Positions 1-10,042 are shown, numbered from the stretch's first letter. The stretch is DNA of 64,000 nucleotides from Rhizomicrobium sp. (GCA_036510185.1 DATCEI010000253.1:1705-65704), one strand, 5' to 3'. Translations and numbers: made by a program. Notes: generated by a model not told the origin, from the sequence alone.

Positions 1-1848
1 AGCGCGTTCAATTTCGGCGCGATGGAGAACAAGGGCCTCAACATCTTCAACGACAAATTGCTGCTGGCCTCGCCCGAAACCGCTACCGACGACGATTATG
101 CGCGCATCGAAAGCGTGGTGGCGCATGAGTATTTCCACAATTGGACCGGCGACCGCATTACCTGCCGCGACTGGTTTCAGCTGTCGCTGAAAGAAGGCCT
201 CACGGTCTATCGCGATCAGGGTTTTTCTGCCGACATGCGTTCGGAAGGCGTCAAGCGCATCGAAGATGTGAAGGCACTGCGCATGCGCCAGTTTCAGGAA
301 GATGCGGGGCCGCTCGCCCATCCCGTGCAGCCGCAAAGCTACATCGCCATCGACAATTTCTACACCGCGACGGTTTACGAAAAAGGCTCCGAAGTCATCG
401 GCATGCTGAACACGCTGGTCGGACGCGAAGGCTATCGCAAGGCGACCGATCTTTATTTCGAACGCCATGACGGACAGGCGGCAACCGTCGAGGATTGGGT
501 GAAATGCTTCGAGGATTCCAATGGCCGCGATCTGCGCCAGTTCCGTCTGTGGTATTCGCAATCGGGCACGCCAATTGTGGAAGCCAAGGGCGAATATGAT
601 GCGCGCGCGAAAACCTACGCGCTGACGCTGAAACAAAGCCTCGCGCCCACGCCCGGCCAGCCGGGCAAGAGGCCGATGCACATTCCGGTGCGGCTTGGTT
701 TCGTGTCGCGCGGTGGCGGCGCGATGCCGTTGACGCTGGACGGCGAAAACGCAACCGGCCCCGACGAGCGCGTGCTGGAATTGACCGCGCCCGAACGGAA
801 ATTCGTTTTCGTCGGCGTCGAAGAAGAGCCGCTGCTGTCGCTCGGGCGGCATTTCTCCGCGCCTGTTGTGTTCAAGACCGGCGCGGATCGCCAAACCCGC
901 GCCGCGCTGATGGCGCACGACAAAGACGATTTCAACCGCTGGGAATCGGGCCAGATGCTGGCGACCGATCTGCTGCTCGACATGGCGGGGAGCGGGAAAA
1001 CCACGGTGGATGACATCTATCTCGATGCCATTGGCGAGGTGCTGGCGCGCGCCGAAGATGACCGTGCCTTTGCCGCCTGGATGCTGATACCGCCGCTGGA
1101 AAGCGAACTTGCGATGGCGATGCTGCCCGCCGATCCCGATGCGATCCATGCCGCGCGCGTAGCGTTGATCCGGGGAATTCAGGCTGCACACGGCAAACGC
1201 ATGGCCGAACTCTACGCGCGGCAGGAACTGAAAGGCCCTTATTCGCCCGATGCGGAAGCCGCCGGGCGCCGCTCCCTGCGCAATGCGCTGTTGCGTTATC
1301 TCACCAGCGCCGACGATGAAGCGGCGGCCGAGATCGCGCACACTCATTACAAAAACGCCACCAATATGACAGACATGATCGCGGGCCTCGCCGCGTTGAC
1401 GCGCATGAATTCACGCCATCGCGATGAAGCCTTCGCGCATTTCCACGATCGCTTCCACGCCGATCCGTTGGTGCTCGACAAATGGATGAGCCTGCAGGCG
1501 GGTTCGCCATTGCCCGACACGGTGGAGCGGGTGCGCGCGCTGATGAAGGATTCTCATTTCGACATGAGGAATCCCAATCGCGTGCGGTCGCTGATCGGCG
1601 CGTTCTCCGGCAATCATTTGCGCTTTCACGCGAAAGACGGCGCGGGCTATGCGCTGGTCGGTGAAGTCAATCGCGCGCTCGACGCCATCAATCCGCAAGT
1701 GGCCGCGCGCATGTCCGGCGCATTTGAGAACTGGCGGCGTTACGATTCCCATCGCCAGGCGCTCATGCGCGCTGAGTTGGAGAAAGCGTTGAAAAAGGAA
1801 ACCCTCTCGGCCAATTTCTTCGAGGTGGCGACAAAAATGCTCGGTTAG
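1..1848 (+). CDS. pepN: Aminopeptidase N (M1 family), 5' end outside window
   Basis: GAMEN motif at window start, HEYFH-x18-E zinc motif, NFYTATVYEKG; frame is open from base 1. Confidence 0.95.
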   Translation, partial: SAFNFGAMENKGLNIFNDKLLLASPETATDDDYARIESVVAHEYFHNWTGDRITCRDWFQLSLKEGLTVYRDQGFSADMRSEGVKRIEDVKALRMRQFQEDAGPLAHPVQPQSYIAIDNFYTATVYEKGSEVIGMLNTLVGREGYRKATDLYFERHDGQAATVEDWVKCFEDSNGRDLRQFRLWYSQSGTPIVEAKGEYDARAKTYALTLKQSLAPTPGQPGKRPMHIPVRLGFVSRGGGAMPLTLDGENATGPDERVLELTAPERKFVFVGVEEEPLLSLGRHFSAPVVFKTGADRQTRAALMAHDKDDFNRWESGQMLATDLLLDMAGSGKTTVDDIYLDAIGEVLARAEDDRAFAAWMLIPPLESELAMAMLPADPDAIHAARVALIRGIQAAHGKRMAELYARQELKGPYSPDAEAAGRRSLRNALLRYLTSADDEAAAEIAHTHYKNATNMTDMIAGLAALTRMNSRHRDEAFAHFHDRFHADPLVLDKWMSLQAGSPLPDTVERVRALMKDSHFDMRNPNRVRSLIGAFSGNHLRFHAKDGAGYALVGEVNRALDAINPQVAARMSGAFENWRRYDSHRQALMRAELEKALKKETLSANFFEVATKMLG

Positions 1849-1988
1849 GGAACTCAGGTCCGCTCTTCCGGGCGATTCATCCACGAAAAGAGTGGCTCCG
1901 GCCGCTTTCGGGTAATGACAGCGACTCGGCTATTCGCATAATCGGGAAAGGGGCGAATCAATCGCGACCCTTGGGGTGGCGCGCGTTC

Positions 1989-3029
1989 ATGGCGCAGGCG
2001 AGAACGGCAATCCGGCCTTATGCGGCAGTAAGCCGGATGTGGACCAAAACGGCGGGCATGACGGCGCGCAATATTCGCGTCACGGTCACGCTGTGCGTTG
2101 TGCTGATCTGCGGCAGTTTCGCGGCGGCAGCGGTACTTCTCACCACGCAGCGCGGCTTCCTGCCTTTATATATGTATCTGATCTTCGGTCCCGCACTTTG
2201 CGGCGCCTGGCTTGCCGTGATTTTCGTGCATGAGTTCGAACGCCGCGCGAAGGCAACGGAGTCCGTACGCGCGTTGCTGGCCACGCCATCCGCCGATGCG
2301 AAACTTTTGATCCGTCTTGCCGATGCGGAACGCCGCGCGGTCGAAGCCGAGCGTTCAAAGTCGGAATTCATCGCGCATATGAGTCACGAAATGCGCACAC
2401 CGCTGAATGCGGTGATCGGATTCTCCGAAGTGATCGAGCAGGGATTCTTCGGCTCCGTCGGCCATCCCAAATATGTGGAATATGCGCGCGACATCGGGGC
2501 TGCGGGCCGCGACCTGCACGGCAAGATCGGCGACATTCTGGAATTCGCCAATGTCGAGGCCGGGCGGTTTCCGGTGACGCCGGGGCGGATCGAACTGGCC
2601 GAGATCGCGGGCAATTGCGTCAACGAATTCGCGGGGCGCGCCTTCTCGCGCCGTATCACGCTCGACATGGCGGTGAGTCCGGAAACGCAGGCCGTCGGCG
2701 ATGCCCTCGCCGTGCAGCGCATTCTGGGCAATCTCCTGTCCAACGCGCTCAACTACACGCCGGAAGGTGGGCATGTGCGGGTGGATGTGCGCAGCGACGC
2801 GGGGGCCGCTGTCGTTCGCGTGCGCGATACGGGCTATGGCTTCTCGCAAGCCGAGGCCAGGCAAGTGGGCGAGGCTTTCGCCCGCTTTGACAGGCCGGGT
2901 GCGGTGACGGGAACGGGGCTTGGGCTTGCCATCGCCATGTCGCTGGCGCGGCGCATGGGCGGCGCTGTGCGCCTTGGCGGCGCGCCCGGACGCGGAACAA
3001 GTGCAGAGTTACGCCTTCGTCGTCCTTGA
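1989..3029 (+). CDS. Membrane sensor histidine kinase, PleC/DivJ-like HisKA + HATPase
   Basis: SHEMRTPLNAVIGFSE H-box, NLLSNA N-box, DTG and GTGLGL G-boxes, two N-terminal hydrophobic segments; start uncertain (1971-2059). Confidence 0.85.
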   Translation: MAQARTAIRPYAAVSRMWTKTAGMTARNIRVTVTLCVVLICGSFAAAAVLLTTQRGFLPLYMYLIFGPALCGAWLAVIFVHEFERRAKATESVRALLATPSADAKLLIRLADAERRAVEAERSKSEFIAHMSHEMRTPLNAVIGFSEVIEQGFFGSVGHPKYVEYARDIGAAGRDLHGKIGDILEFANVEAGRFPVTPGRIELAEIAGNCVNEFAGRAFSRRITLDMAVSPETQAVGDALAVQRILGNLLSNALNYTPEGGHVRVDVRSDAGAAVVRVRDTGYGFSQAEARQVGEAFARFDRPGAVTGTGLGLAIAMSLARRMGGAVRLGGAPGRGTSAELRLRRP

Positions 3030-4430
3030 TTAGAGATACCAGTCGTATTCGGCTTCGGTGATGATGCGGCGCAAGCGCTGCGTCTCGATGCGCTTCGTCT
3101 CGCGATAAAGCGCGAGCATCTGATCACCGAGATAGGAACCAAGCACAGGCGCGTTGGCAAGATTGTTCAGCGCCGCGTCGATGTCGAACGGCAACGCCAA
3201 ATCCGGCTCACGCGTAACATTGCCGATGGCGGCGGCGCCGGAATCGAGTTTGAGAGAAAGACCATGAAACACGCCCGCCAGCACACCTGCGAGCGCGAGA
3301 TAGGGATTGGCGTCCGCGCCCGACACGCGATGTTCGATGCGGCGGCCCTCGCCCGGCCCCACCGGCACGCGCAACCCAACCGAGCGGTTGTTTACGCCCC
3401 AGCGGCGATTGACCGGCGCGAACATATCGGGCTGGAAGCGGCGATAGGAATTCACATTCGGCGCGAACAACGCCATGGAATCCGGCATCAGCGCCTGAAG
3501 TCCGCCAATGGCGTGACGCAAACGCTCCGAGCCATGCTCCGTGCCGTCGTCGAAAATATTGCGGCCCGCCTCGTCCAGCACGCTGACATGGATATGCAGC
3601 CCGCTTCCGGCGCTGTCGGGATAGGGCTTGGCCATGAAGCTGGCGTCGAAGCCGTTGGCGCGCGCGGCGGCCCGCACCACCTGCTTGAGGAACACCGCAT
3701 GATCGGCGGCGGCAAGCGCGCCCACCTGATGGCGCAGATTGGTTTCGAACTGGCCCGGCGCATATTCCTTGCTGGCGGCGCTCACAGGCACGTTCTGCTC
3801 GGCGGCGGCTTCGGTCAGCGCCGACAGGAAGGCGTGGTAGCGGTCGAGGTCGTCAATGCCATAGACAGAGGCCACATGCTCGCGCGCGCCGGAGCGTGGA
3901 TCGCGCGGCGGCAGCGGCGCGCCATTGGCCCCCCGCTCCCGGTCGATCAGATAATATTCAAGCTCCAGTGCCGCGACGGGTGTGAGTTTCGCTTCGGCGA
4001 AATGATCAAGCACACGCTCCAGCGCCGCGCGCGGTTCGGCATCGCAAGGCGCGCCATTCGCGTCATGCAGCGTCATAAGGATTTGCGCGCGCTTGGGCGT
4101 CTCGCCCCAGACGGGCGAAAGCGTACCGGGCACGGGCCACGACGTTCCATCCGGATCGCCATCGCCAATGCCGCGTCCGAACGGATTGGTCATCTCGCCA
4201 TGCGCGTCCATCAAATAAACGGAAAGCGGAATCTGCATGCCTGATGTGAACAACTTCTCAGCTTCGCCGATGGGCAAACGCTTGCCTCGCAACACACCGC
4301 AAAGATCGACCAGCAACGCATCGATGAATTCGAGATCGCTGCGCGATGCGATGAGCGCGTCGAATTGCTTGCGCGCTTCATCCACAAAAGTGGGACGCGA
4401 AAACACAGGTGCGGGAACGAGCTTGTTCAT
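3030..4430 (-). CDS. Glutamine synthetase family protein (gamma-glutamyl-polyamine ligase/PuuA-like)
   Basis: RGKR, ELEYYL, EYAPGQFE, FMAKP..GSGLHIH and RIEHRVSGADANPY motifs; adjacent to speD. Confidence 0.88.
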   Translation of the reverse strand: MNKLVPAPVFSRPTFVDEARKQFDALIASRSDLEFIDALLVDLCGVLRGKRLPIGEAEKLFTSGMQIPLSVYLMDAHGEMTNPFGRGIGDGDPDGTSWPVPGTLSPVWGETPKRAQILMTLHDANGAPCDAEPRAALERVLDHFAEAKLTPVAALELEYYLIDRERGANGAPLPPRDPRSGAREHVASVYGIDDLDRYHAFLSALTEAAAEQNVPVSAASKEYAPGQFETNLRHQVGALAAADHAVFLKQVVRAAARANGFDASFMAKPYPDSAGSGLHIHVSVLDEAGRNIFDDGTEHGSERLRHAIGGLQALMPDSMALFAPNVNSYRRFQPDMFAPVNRRWGVNNRSVGLRVPVGPGEGRRIEHRVSGADANPYLALAGVLAGVFHGLSLKLDSGAAAIGNVTREPDLALPFDIDAALNNLANAPVLGSYLGDQMLALYRETKRIETQRLRRIITEAEYDWYL

Positions 4431-4574
4431 GACCGGACTTAAATCTTACACATCCCATCATAAAGGGATGGTTGAAGGCGAGGAAGGCGGGCCAATCGTT
4501 TTGCCGGAAATTGCCAGAAACCCAGCGAAAATCGCCCGTTTCTTGCGTTCCGCAACCCGTTTCCGGCCAAAAGA

Positions 4575-4607
4575 AAAGGCGGAGACAGCTAGGCCGTCTC
4601 CGCCTTT
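4575..4607. terminator. Intrinsic terminator downstream of speD (possibly bidirectional)
   Basis: AAAGGCGGAGAC-9nt-GTCTCCGCCTTT inverted repeat, with an A-run on the left giving a U-tail on the minus strand. Confidence 0.75.
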
Positions 4608-4629
4608 GGAACCAGCGATGCGAAGCGTT

Positions 4630-5106
4630 CTAGAGAACGCCGCGCTTATGTTCGCCGATGACGATGCGGCCGGGATTAAACGCCGCTTTGAACACCGAAA
4701 GGGCTTTGCGCGGTTCGGCATCTCCACACATGAAGACATCGAATGCTGCGTAGCCTTTTTCCGGCCATGTATGAACGCTGATATGGCTTTCGGCAAGAAC
4801 GGCGACTCCGGAAATGCCGCCTCCTTCCGAAAACGTGTGCAGATGGATGTGCAGGAGCGTCGCTCCTGCCATCTTCACTGCATCGATCAGCGCCTGTTCG
4901 ATCCGATCCCGGTCGTCGAGTCCCTCGGCGTCCCAAAGATCTATGATCAGGTGACTTCCCGCATAGGTCAGTCCGTTACGTGTGATGAAGTGATCCTTGC
5001 GGTCCTCATCCCCCAGGGGAATAGGAACCGGAACGGTCCTCGCAGAAACGCGGGCACGAGGCGCCCTTGCTTCTTTGATCGCCGCTACGAGTTCAAGTCG
5101 AGCCAT
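4630..5106 (-). CDS. speD: S-adenosylmethionine decarboxylase proenzyme
   Basis: LAESHISVHTWPE self-cleavage motif, DVFMCG. Confidence 0.93.
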   Translation of the reverse strand: MARLELVAAIKEARAPRARVSARTVPVPIPLGDEDRKDHFITRNGLTYAGSHLIIDLWDAEGLDDRDRIEQALIDAVKMAGATLLHIHLHTFSEGGGISGVAVLAESHISVHTWPEKGYAAFDVFMCGDAEPRKALSVFKAAFNPGRIVIGEHKRGVL

Positions 5107-5240
5107 TCTGGCACCTACCCTCTAAGTAGCGTTGACACCTGTGGAGCCTTCGGTCTTGCAACCTTGAGCCCCGCTAAGACGAAAGCGGCGGGCGGAGGGG
5201 ATACCTCCGCCGCGCCGCTTTGCTCCCGAAGGAGCGACGT
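5107..5240 (-). ncRNA. Candidate structured 5' leader of speD
   Basis: Minus strand: GCUCC-UUCG-GGAGC hairpin, then a ~17-bp hairpin AAAGCGGCG.GGCGGAGG/CCUCCGCC.CGCCGCUUU followed by a U-rich stretch. Confidence 0.35.
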
Positions 5241-5241
5241 G

Positions 5242-5269
5242 AATATAGGGCCGTCTTTCCCCCATGCAA
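5242..5269 (-). promoter_or_regulatory. Sigma70-like promoter for speD
   Basis: Minus strand TTGCAT-N16-TATATT. Confidence 0.5.
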
Positions 5270-5431
5270 GAAATTTTGAACCAAAGGAGTGAATTTTTTC
5301 TGAGCGGCGGTTGCCGCTGTCACAAAGCGGGAGGCGCGTTCATGCGTCTGACACCGATGGACAGCGGATTTCCCGCGCTCTAAATACGGCCCTCTCCGGC
5401 CCCCACGCCAGCACATGTTGAGGAATTGAAC

Positions 5432-6301
5432 ATGCCGAACGCCTTCAAAGAGCGTCTTCACAAAGGTTACGCACAGTCCATGGAGCTTAGCGGAGCGCCG
5501 CTCGCCGAGGAGAAGAGCCGCTACCAGCGAATCAAAATCTTCGACACCGTCGCCAACGGGCGCGTGATGACACTCGACGACATCGTCCAGATTACCAGCC
5601 GCGACGAGAGCGCCTATGCCGAGATGCTGACGCATTTGCCGCTGCTGGAGCACGGCAAGGCTTCGCGCGTGATGATCGTGGGCGGCGGCGATCTCTCAAT
5701 CGCCGACGAGGCGCTGAAGCATAAGGGCGTGAAAGAGGTCGTGCTGGTGGATATTGACGGCCGCGTGGTGGAACTGTGCCGCGAGCATTTCGGCGAGATC
5801 AACGCCACGGCGTTCAAAGACAAGCGGCTGAAGATCGAGATTGCCGATGCCTTCGAATATCTGGGCCGCGCGGAGAGTAAAGGCCGCTTCGATCTCATCG
5901 TCGCCGACCGGCCAGATCCCGTCGGCCCCGGCAAGGCGCTGTTCGGCGAGACGTTCTATGACCGCGTGAAGAACGCGCTGAAGCCGGGCGGCTTTGCCAC
6001 GTTTCAGACCGGCGTGCCGTTCTACCAGCCGTGGGAAATCACCGAAGCGCTGCAGGAGCTGGCGGGTTTCTTCCCGCAATCGGGACTCTATTTAACCGTG
6101 GTGCCGACTTACATCGGCGGCTTCATGGCGCTGAGTTGGGCGTGCAAAGGCAAACAGCAGCTCGGCACGCCGGCAGGCATCAAGCGCGCGGCGGCGGCAT
6201 ATAAACGCGCGAAGCTCAAAACCGATTACTACAATCCGCAAATCCATGCCGCGGCATTCGCGCTGCCGGAATGGGTGAAACGGCTTGTGCCGAAGGCATG
6301 A
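5432..6301 (+). CDS. speE: Polyamine aminopropyltransferase (spermidine synthase)
   Basis: YAEMLTH, IVGGGD, VDID, DRPDPVGP and VPTY motifs; GAGGA RBS. Confidence 0.92.
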   Translation: MPNAFKERLHKGYAQSMELSGAPLAEEKSRYQRIKIFDTVANGRVMTLDDIVQITSRDESAYAEMLTHLPLLEHGKASRVMIVGGGDLSIADEALKHKGVKEVVLVDIDGRVVELCREHFGEINATAFKDKRLKIEIADAFEYLGRAESKGRFDLIVADRPDPVGPGKALFGETFYDRVKNALKPGGFATFQTGVPFYQPWEITEALQELAGFFPQSGLYLTVVPTYIGGFMALSWACKGKQQLGTPAGIKRAAAAYKRAKLKTDYYNPQIHAAAFALPEWVKRLVPKA

Positions 6302-6825
6302 GCGAAGACGAACTTCCTTCGCCGGGTGCGCGTGAAGCAGCACTTTACCAACGCTTCACGGCGCTCGGCATTGTGTGGAAGACCTATGAGCACAAGCCTG
6401 TGTTCACGGTGGAAGAAGCCACAGCACTTTATGACACACAGCCCGGCGGTCATACGAAAAACCTGTTTCTGAAAGACAAGAAGGGCGCGTTCTGGCTTGT
6501 CGTGGCGCGCGATACGCTGCGCATCGATCTCAATGCGCTGGCGAAGCAAATTTCCGCGCCGCGATTTTCCTTCGGCTCGGCGGAGCTTCTGATGACGATG
6601 CTGGGTGTGCCGCCGGGTTCGGTGACACCGTTTGCGGTGCTGAACGACAAAGAGAAAAAAGTGCGCGTGGTATTGGACGAAGACATGCTGAAACTCGAAC
6701 CACTCAATTTTCATCCGCTGCGCAATGACCGCACGACGGCGATTGCGGCGAACGATCTGTTGCGCTTTCTGCGCGCGGACGGGCACGAACCGCTCGTCGC
6801 GGCGTTGCCGGAGATCGTGCCATGA
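6298..6825 (+). CDS. YbaK/ProX-family aminoacyl-tRNA editing protein
   Basis: KNLFLKDKK, GVPPGSVTPF, FHPLRN; ATGA overlap with speE. Confidence 0.88.
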   Translation: MSEDELPSPGAREAALYQRFTALGIVWKTYEHKPVFTVEEATALYDTQPGGHTKNLFLKDKKGAFWLVVARDTLRIDLNALAKQISAPRFSFGSAELLMTMLGVPPGSVTPFAVLNDKEKKVRVVLDEDMLKLEPLNFHPLRNDRTTAIAANDLLRFLRADGHEPLVAALPEIVP

Positions 6826-6968
6826 AAGAGGTTTGTCAGGCCGGGTCGCCAGACGTTAAGGATGGCCCGGACCGGCAACCGGCAGCCCTCGCCCCATGAT
6901 TCGGCAAGACTTTCCTTTCCGGGCTAGAATGCCCATCTTTGGACAAGCCCATAGCAAAGAGTGAGTTC

Positions 6969-7913
6969 ATGGCTTTAATCGGTCCCAGCGGACGCCCCGT
7001 AACCAGCGCCAGCCCGGCCAGCGCGCCTGCCGCAACACCTAGCGCCTATGTCAAGGACGTCGGCATCGAGACGTTTGAAGTAGACGTCATCGCGGCCTCG
7101 CGCGAAGCGCCCGTGATCGTGGATTTCTGGGCGCCGTGGTGCGGCCCGTGCAAGCAGCTGGGGCCGTTGCTGGAAAAAGTCGTCAACGAGGCCAAGGGCG
7201 CGGTGCGGCTGGTCAAGATCAACATTGACGAGAATCAGGAAATCGCCCGCCAGTTGCGCATCCAGTCGATCCCGACCGTCTATGCCTTCAAGAACGGCCA
7301 GCCCGTGGACGGCTTCATGGGCGCGATCCCCGAAAGCCAGCTGCGCGCCTTCGTGCAGCACCTGACCGGCGGTGAAGCGGGCCACGATCATGCCGACGAG
7401 GTTCTGGCGATGGCCGATGAGGCCTTCGCGGCAGGCGATATCGGCGAGGCGGCGCAAGCCTATGCCCATGTGCTGCAGGACGAGCCGGGCAACCCCAAGG
7501 CCGTCGCGGGACTTGCGCGTTGCTATCTGAAAAGCGGCGATCTGGAGCGGGCGCGCACCACCCTTCAACTCGTGCGGCCCGACGGCGCGACCGATGAAGC
7601 CATCCGCGCCATCGAAGCCGAACTGAAGCTGCGCGAACAGGCGGCCGATGTCGGCGACACGGCGGGCTTGCGCGCGAAACTCGAAGCCAATCCGAATGAT
7701 CATCAGGCGCGCTACGATCTGGCGCTGGCGCTCGACGCAAAGGGCGACCGCGAGGGCGCGCTCAACGAATTGCTGGAAAGCGTGCGGCGCGACCGCAAAT
7801 GGAATGACGAAGCCGCGCGCAAGCATATCGTCACGTTGTTCGAGGCACTTGGCCCGGCCGATCCGCTGACGCTGGCGGCGCGGCGCAAACTTTCTTCGAT
7901 ACTGTTCGCCTAA
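6969..7913 (+). CDS. Thioredoxin-TPR co-chaperone (YbbN/CnoX family)
   Basis: WAPWCGPC thioredoxin motif followed by TPR-like helices, ending RRKLSSILF. Confidence 0.9.
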   Translation: MALIGPSGRPVTSASPASAPAATPSAYVKDVGIETFEVDVIAASREAPVIVDFWAPWCGPCKQLGPLLEKVVNEAKGAVRLVKINIDENQEIARQLRIQSIPTVYAFKNGQPVDGFMGAIPESQLRAFVQHLTGGEAGHDHADEVLAMADEAFAAGDIGEAAQAYAHVLQDEPGNPKAVAGLARCYLKSGDLERARTTLQLVRPDGATDEAIRAIEAELKLREQAADVGDTAGLRAKLEANPNDHQARYDLALALDAKGDREGALNELLESVRRDRKWNDEAARKHIVTLFEALGPADPLTLAARRKLSSILFA

Positions 7914-8566
7914 TGCCGCGCTGGTATCACTCCGTCGATGAGCTGCCGCGCTCGCTGCCGATCTTTCCGTTGACGGGCGCGTTGTTGCTGCCGCGTGGAG
8001 AATTGCCGCTTAACGTGTTCGAGCCGCGATATCTGGCCATGGTGGACACGGTGCTGGCTGGCCCGCGGCTTATCGGCATGATCCAGCCTGTCGATCCGGA
8101 AAGCAAAAGCCCCAATCAGGCGCTGTCTTCCGTCGGCACGGCGGGCCGCCTGACATCGTTCAAGGAAACCGAAGATGGGCGTTATCTCATCACGCTGTCC
8201 GGCATCTGCCGCTTTCGCGTGGCGGACGAGATATCGGTGCTGACGCCTTATCGGCAGGTGCAGCCGGATTACAGGCCCTTCGCGGGCGATCTGATTTCCA
8301 GCGGCGAACCCGAATTGCCGCGCGAGAGACTGGCGGTTGCGCTGAAAGATTATCTCCAGCGCCGCGACATGAAAGCGGATTGGAGTGCGGTGATGAACGC
8401 GCCCGCCGAAATGCTGGTGAATGCGCTCGTGACGCTGTGCCCATTCGAGCCGGCCGAGAAACAGGCGTTGCTGGAAGCGCCAAGCTGGCAGGAGCGCGTG
8501 GACACGCTTGTGGCGTTGCTGGAAATTTCGGGCGCGGGCGTTGCCGGCGGAGGAAGCGTCAATTGA
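7913..8566 (+). CDS. LON peptidase N-terminal (substrate-binding) domain protein
   Basis: [24 protein letters not shown]; usual position after ybbN. Confidence 0.88.
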   Translation: MPRWYHSVDELPRSLPIFPLTGALLLPRGELPLNVFEPRYLAMVDTVLAGPRLIGMIQPVDPESKSPNQALSSVGTAGRLTSFKETEDGRYLITLSGICRFRVADEISVLTPYRQVQPDYRPFAGDLISSGEPELPRERLAVALKDYLQRRDMKADWSAVMNAPAEMLVNALVTLCPFEPAEKQALLEAPSWQERVDTLVALLEISGAGVAGGGSVN

Positions 8567-8760
8567 GCGAACGCCAGGTCGATCCGAAGCTTCTGGAAAT
8601 TCTCGTCTGTCCGGTGACGAAGGGGTTGCTGATCTACGACCGTGAAAAACAGGAACTGGTGAGCAAGCAGGCGGGCCTTGCCTATCCGATCCGCGATGGT
8701 ATTCCCATCATGCTGCGCGAAGAAGCGCGCGAACTTTCCATCGGCGAACGCGGCTCGTGA
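8563..8760 (+). CDS. Trm112/YcaR family protein
   Basis: [11 protein letters not shown]...[12 protein letters not shown]; TTG start overlapping the upstream stop. Confidence 0.88.
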   Translation: MSERQVDPKLLEILVCPVTKGLLIYDREKQELVSKQAGLAYPIRDGIPIMLREEARELSIGERGS

Positions 8761-9125
8761 CGACAAGCCCTGCGGAAAAACCCTGGCCGGTCGAATTGCG
8801 GCTCGATCCCGCGCGCAAAATCCTGACGGTGCGCTACGACACGGGCGAACAATTCGCGCTGGATGCGGAATATCTGCGCGTGGAATCCCCCAGCGCCGAA
8901 GTGATGGGCCATGGCGGCGCGCAGAAACAGATCGTCGGCGGCAAGCGGCATGTGACGATCGAGGCGCTGGAACCTGTCGGCAATTATGCCGTGCGCATCC
9001 GCTTCGACGACGGCCACGACACAGGCCTTTTTTCCTGGGATTATCTTCACGAACTGGGACGCGGCCACGAAAACAAATGGGCCGCCTACATCAGCGCGTT
9101 GCGAATGAAGAATTTGAGCCGATGA
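8757..9125 (+). CDS. DUF971 / gamma-butyrobetaine hydroxylase N-terminal-like protein
   Basis: [31 protein letters not shown]. Confidence 0.88.
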   Translation: MTTSPAEKPWPVELRLDPARKILTVRYDTGEQFALDAEYLRVESPSAEVMGHGGAQKQIVGGKRHVTIEALEPVGNYAVRIRFDDGHDTGLFSWDYLHELGRGHENKWAAYISALRMKNLSR

Positions 9126-10042
9126 CAAAGCACAAGAAACCCGAACCGCTGCCCAACGGCTACCGGCGTTTCATCACGCCGGGCCAGAAGCGCCGCATGG
9201 CCGTCGTCAAAGGCCAGGACAGCAGCCGCTGGACCGATTTCTATCACAATGTTCTGACCGCGCCGTGGTGGGTTTTCTTCGTCGGCCTTGCGCTGATGTT
9301 CATCACCATCAACGCGATTTTCGCGCTGGCCTATATGAGCCAGCCGGACGGGCTGGCCAATGCGCGGCCGGGCAATTTCTGGGACGCCTTCCTTTTCAGC
9401 GTCGAAACGATCTGCGCGGTCAATTACACCACGATCGTGCCGAAATCCATTTATGCGAATGTTGTCGTTGTGATCGAGGCGTTCTTCGGCATTCTCAATC
9501 TGGCGCTGGTGACGGGCGCGATGTTCGCGCGCTTTTCCCGGCCCTTCGCGCGCGTGCTGTTTTCCAATGTCGCCGTGATCGTTCCCTTCGAAGGCGTGCC
9601 GACGCTGATGTTCCGCGCCGCTAACCAGCGCGGCAACCAGATCATGGAAGCCGAAGTCACCGTGTCGATGGCGCGGCAGGTGACCACGCGCGAAGGCCAT
9701 GCGATGCGCCGCTTCGACGAGATGAAGCTGGTGCGCGGGCGTTCGCCGCTTTTCGCGCTGTCATGGACGGTGATGCACCGCATCGACGAGGCAAGCCCGC
9801 TGCATGGCGTGACTCTCGACAAGCTTTACGAGGATCAGGTCGAATTCGTCATCGTGCTCAGCGGCACAGACGACACGCTTTCGGAAAAAATCTATGCGCG
9901 GCATTCCTACACGCCGGACGAAATCCGCTGGGGGCAGCGTTTCGTGGACATCCTGTCGGTCGCGCCCAACGGAAAGCGCGTGGTGGACCTGCGGCGATTC
10001 CACGACACCGATCCGCTTGAGCCGATTGACGCCAAAGGCTAG
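9122..10042 (+). CDS. KirBac-like inward-rectifier channel with non-canonical filter
   Basis: DFYH..LT..W slide helix, two TM helices, FARFSRP, PTLMFRAANQRGN, SWTVMHRIDE.SPL, ARHSY; filter reads ETICAVNYT. Confidence 0.85.
   Translation: MTKHKKPEPLPNGYRRFITPGQKRRMAVVKGQDSSRWTDFYHNVLTAPWWVFFVGLALMFITINAIFALAYMSQPDGLANARPGNFWDAFLFSVETICAVNYTTIVPKSIYANVVVVIEAFFGILNLALVTGAMFARFSRPFARVLFSNVAVIVPFEGVPTLMFRAANQRGNQIMEAEVTVSMARQVTTREGHAMRRFDEMKLVRGRSPLFALSWTVMHRIDEASPLHGVTLDKLYEDQVEFVIVLSGTDDTLSEKIYARHSYTPDEIRWGQRFVDILSVAPNGKRVVDLRRFHDTDPLEPIDAKG

Noticed and set aside
4237-5292. 351-aa plus-strand ORF
   Set aside because: Antisense to speD and the GS-family gene and runs through a terminator; no motifs
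6910-6938. RpoH promoter for the ybbN operon (CTTTCC-N16-CCCATCT)
   Set aside because: The -10 is plausible and the context fits, but the -35 match is too weak to call
8678-9121. Long N-terminal extension of the Kir ORF
   Set aside because: Overlaps the genuine Trm112 and DUF971 genes; ATG 9122 overlaps the DUF971 stop and is the likely start
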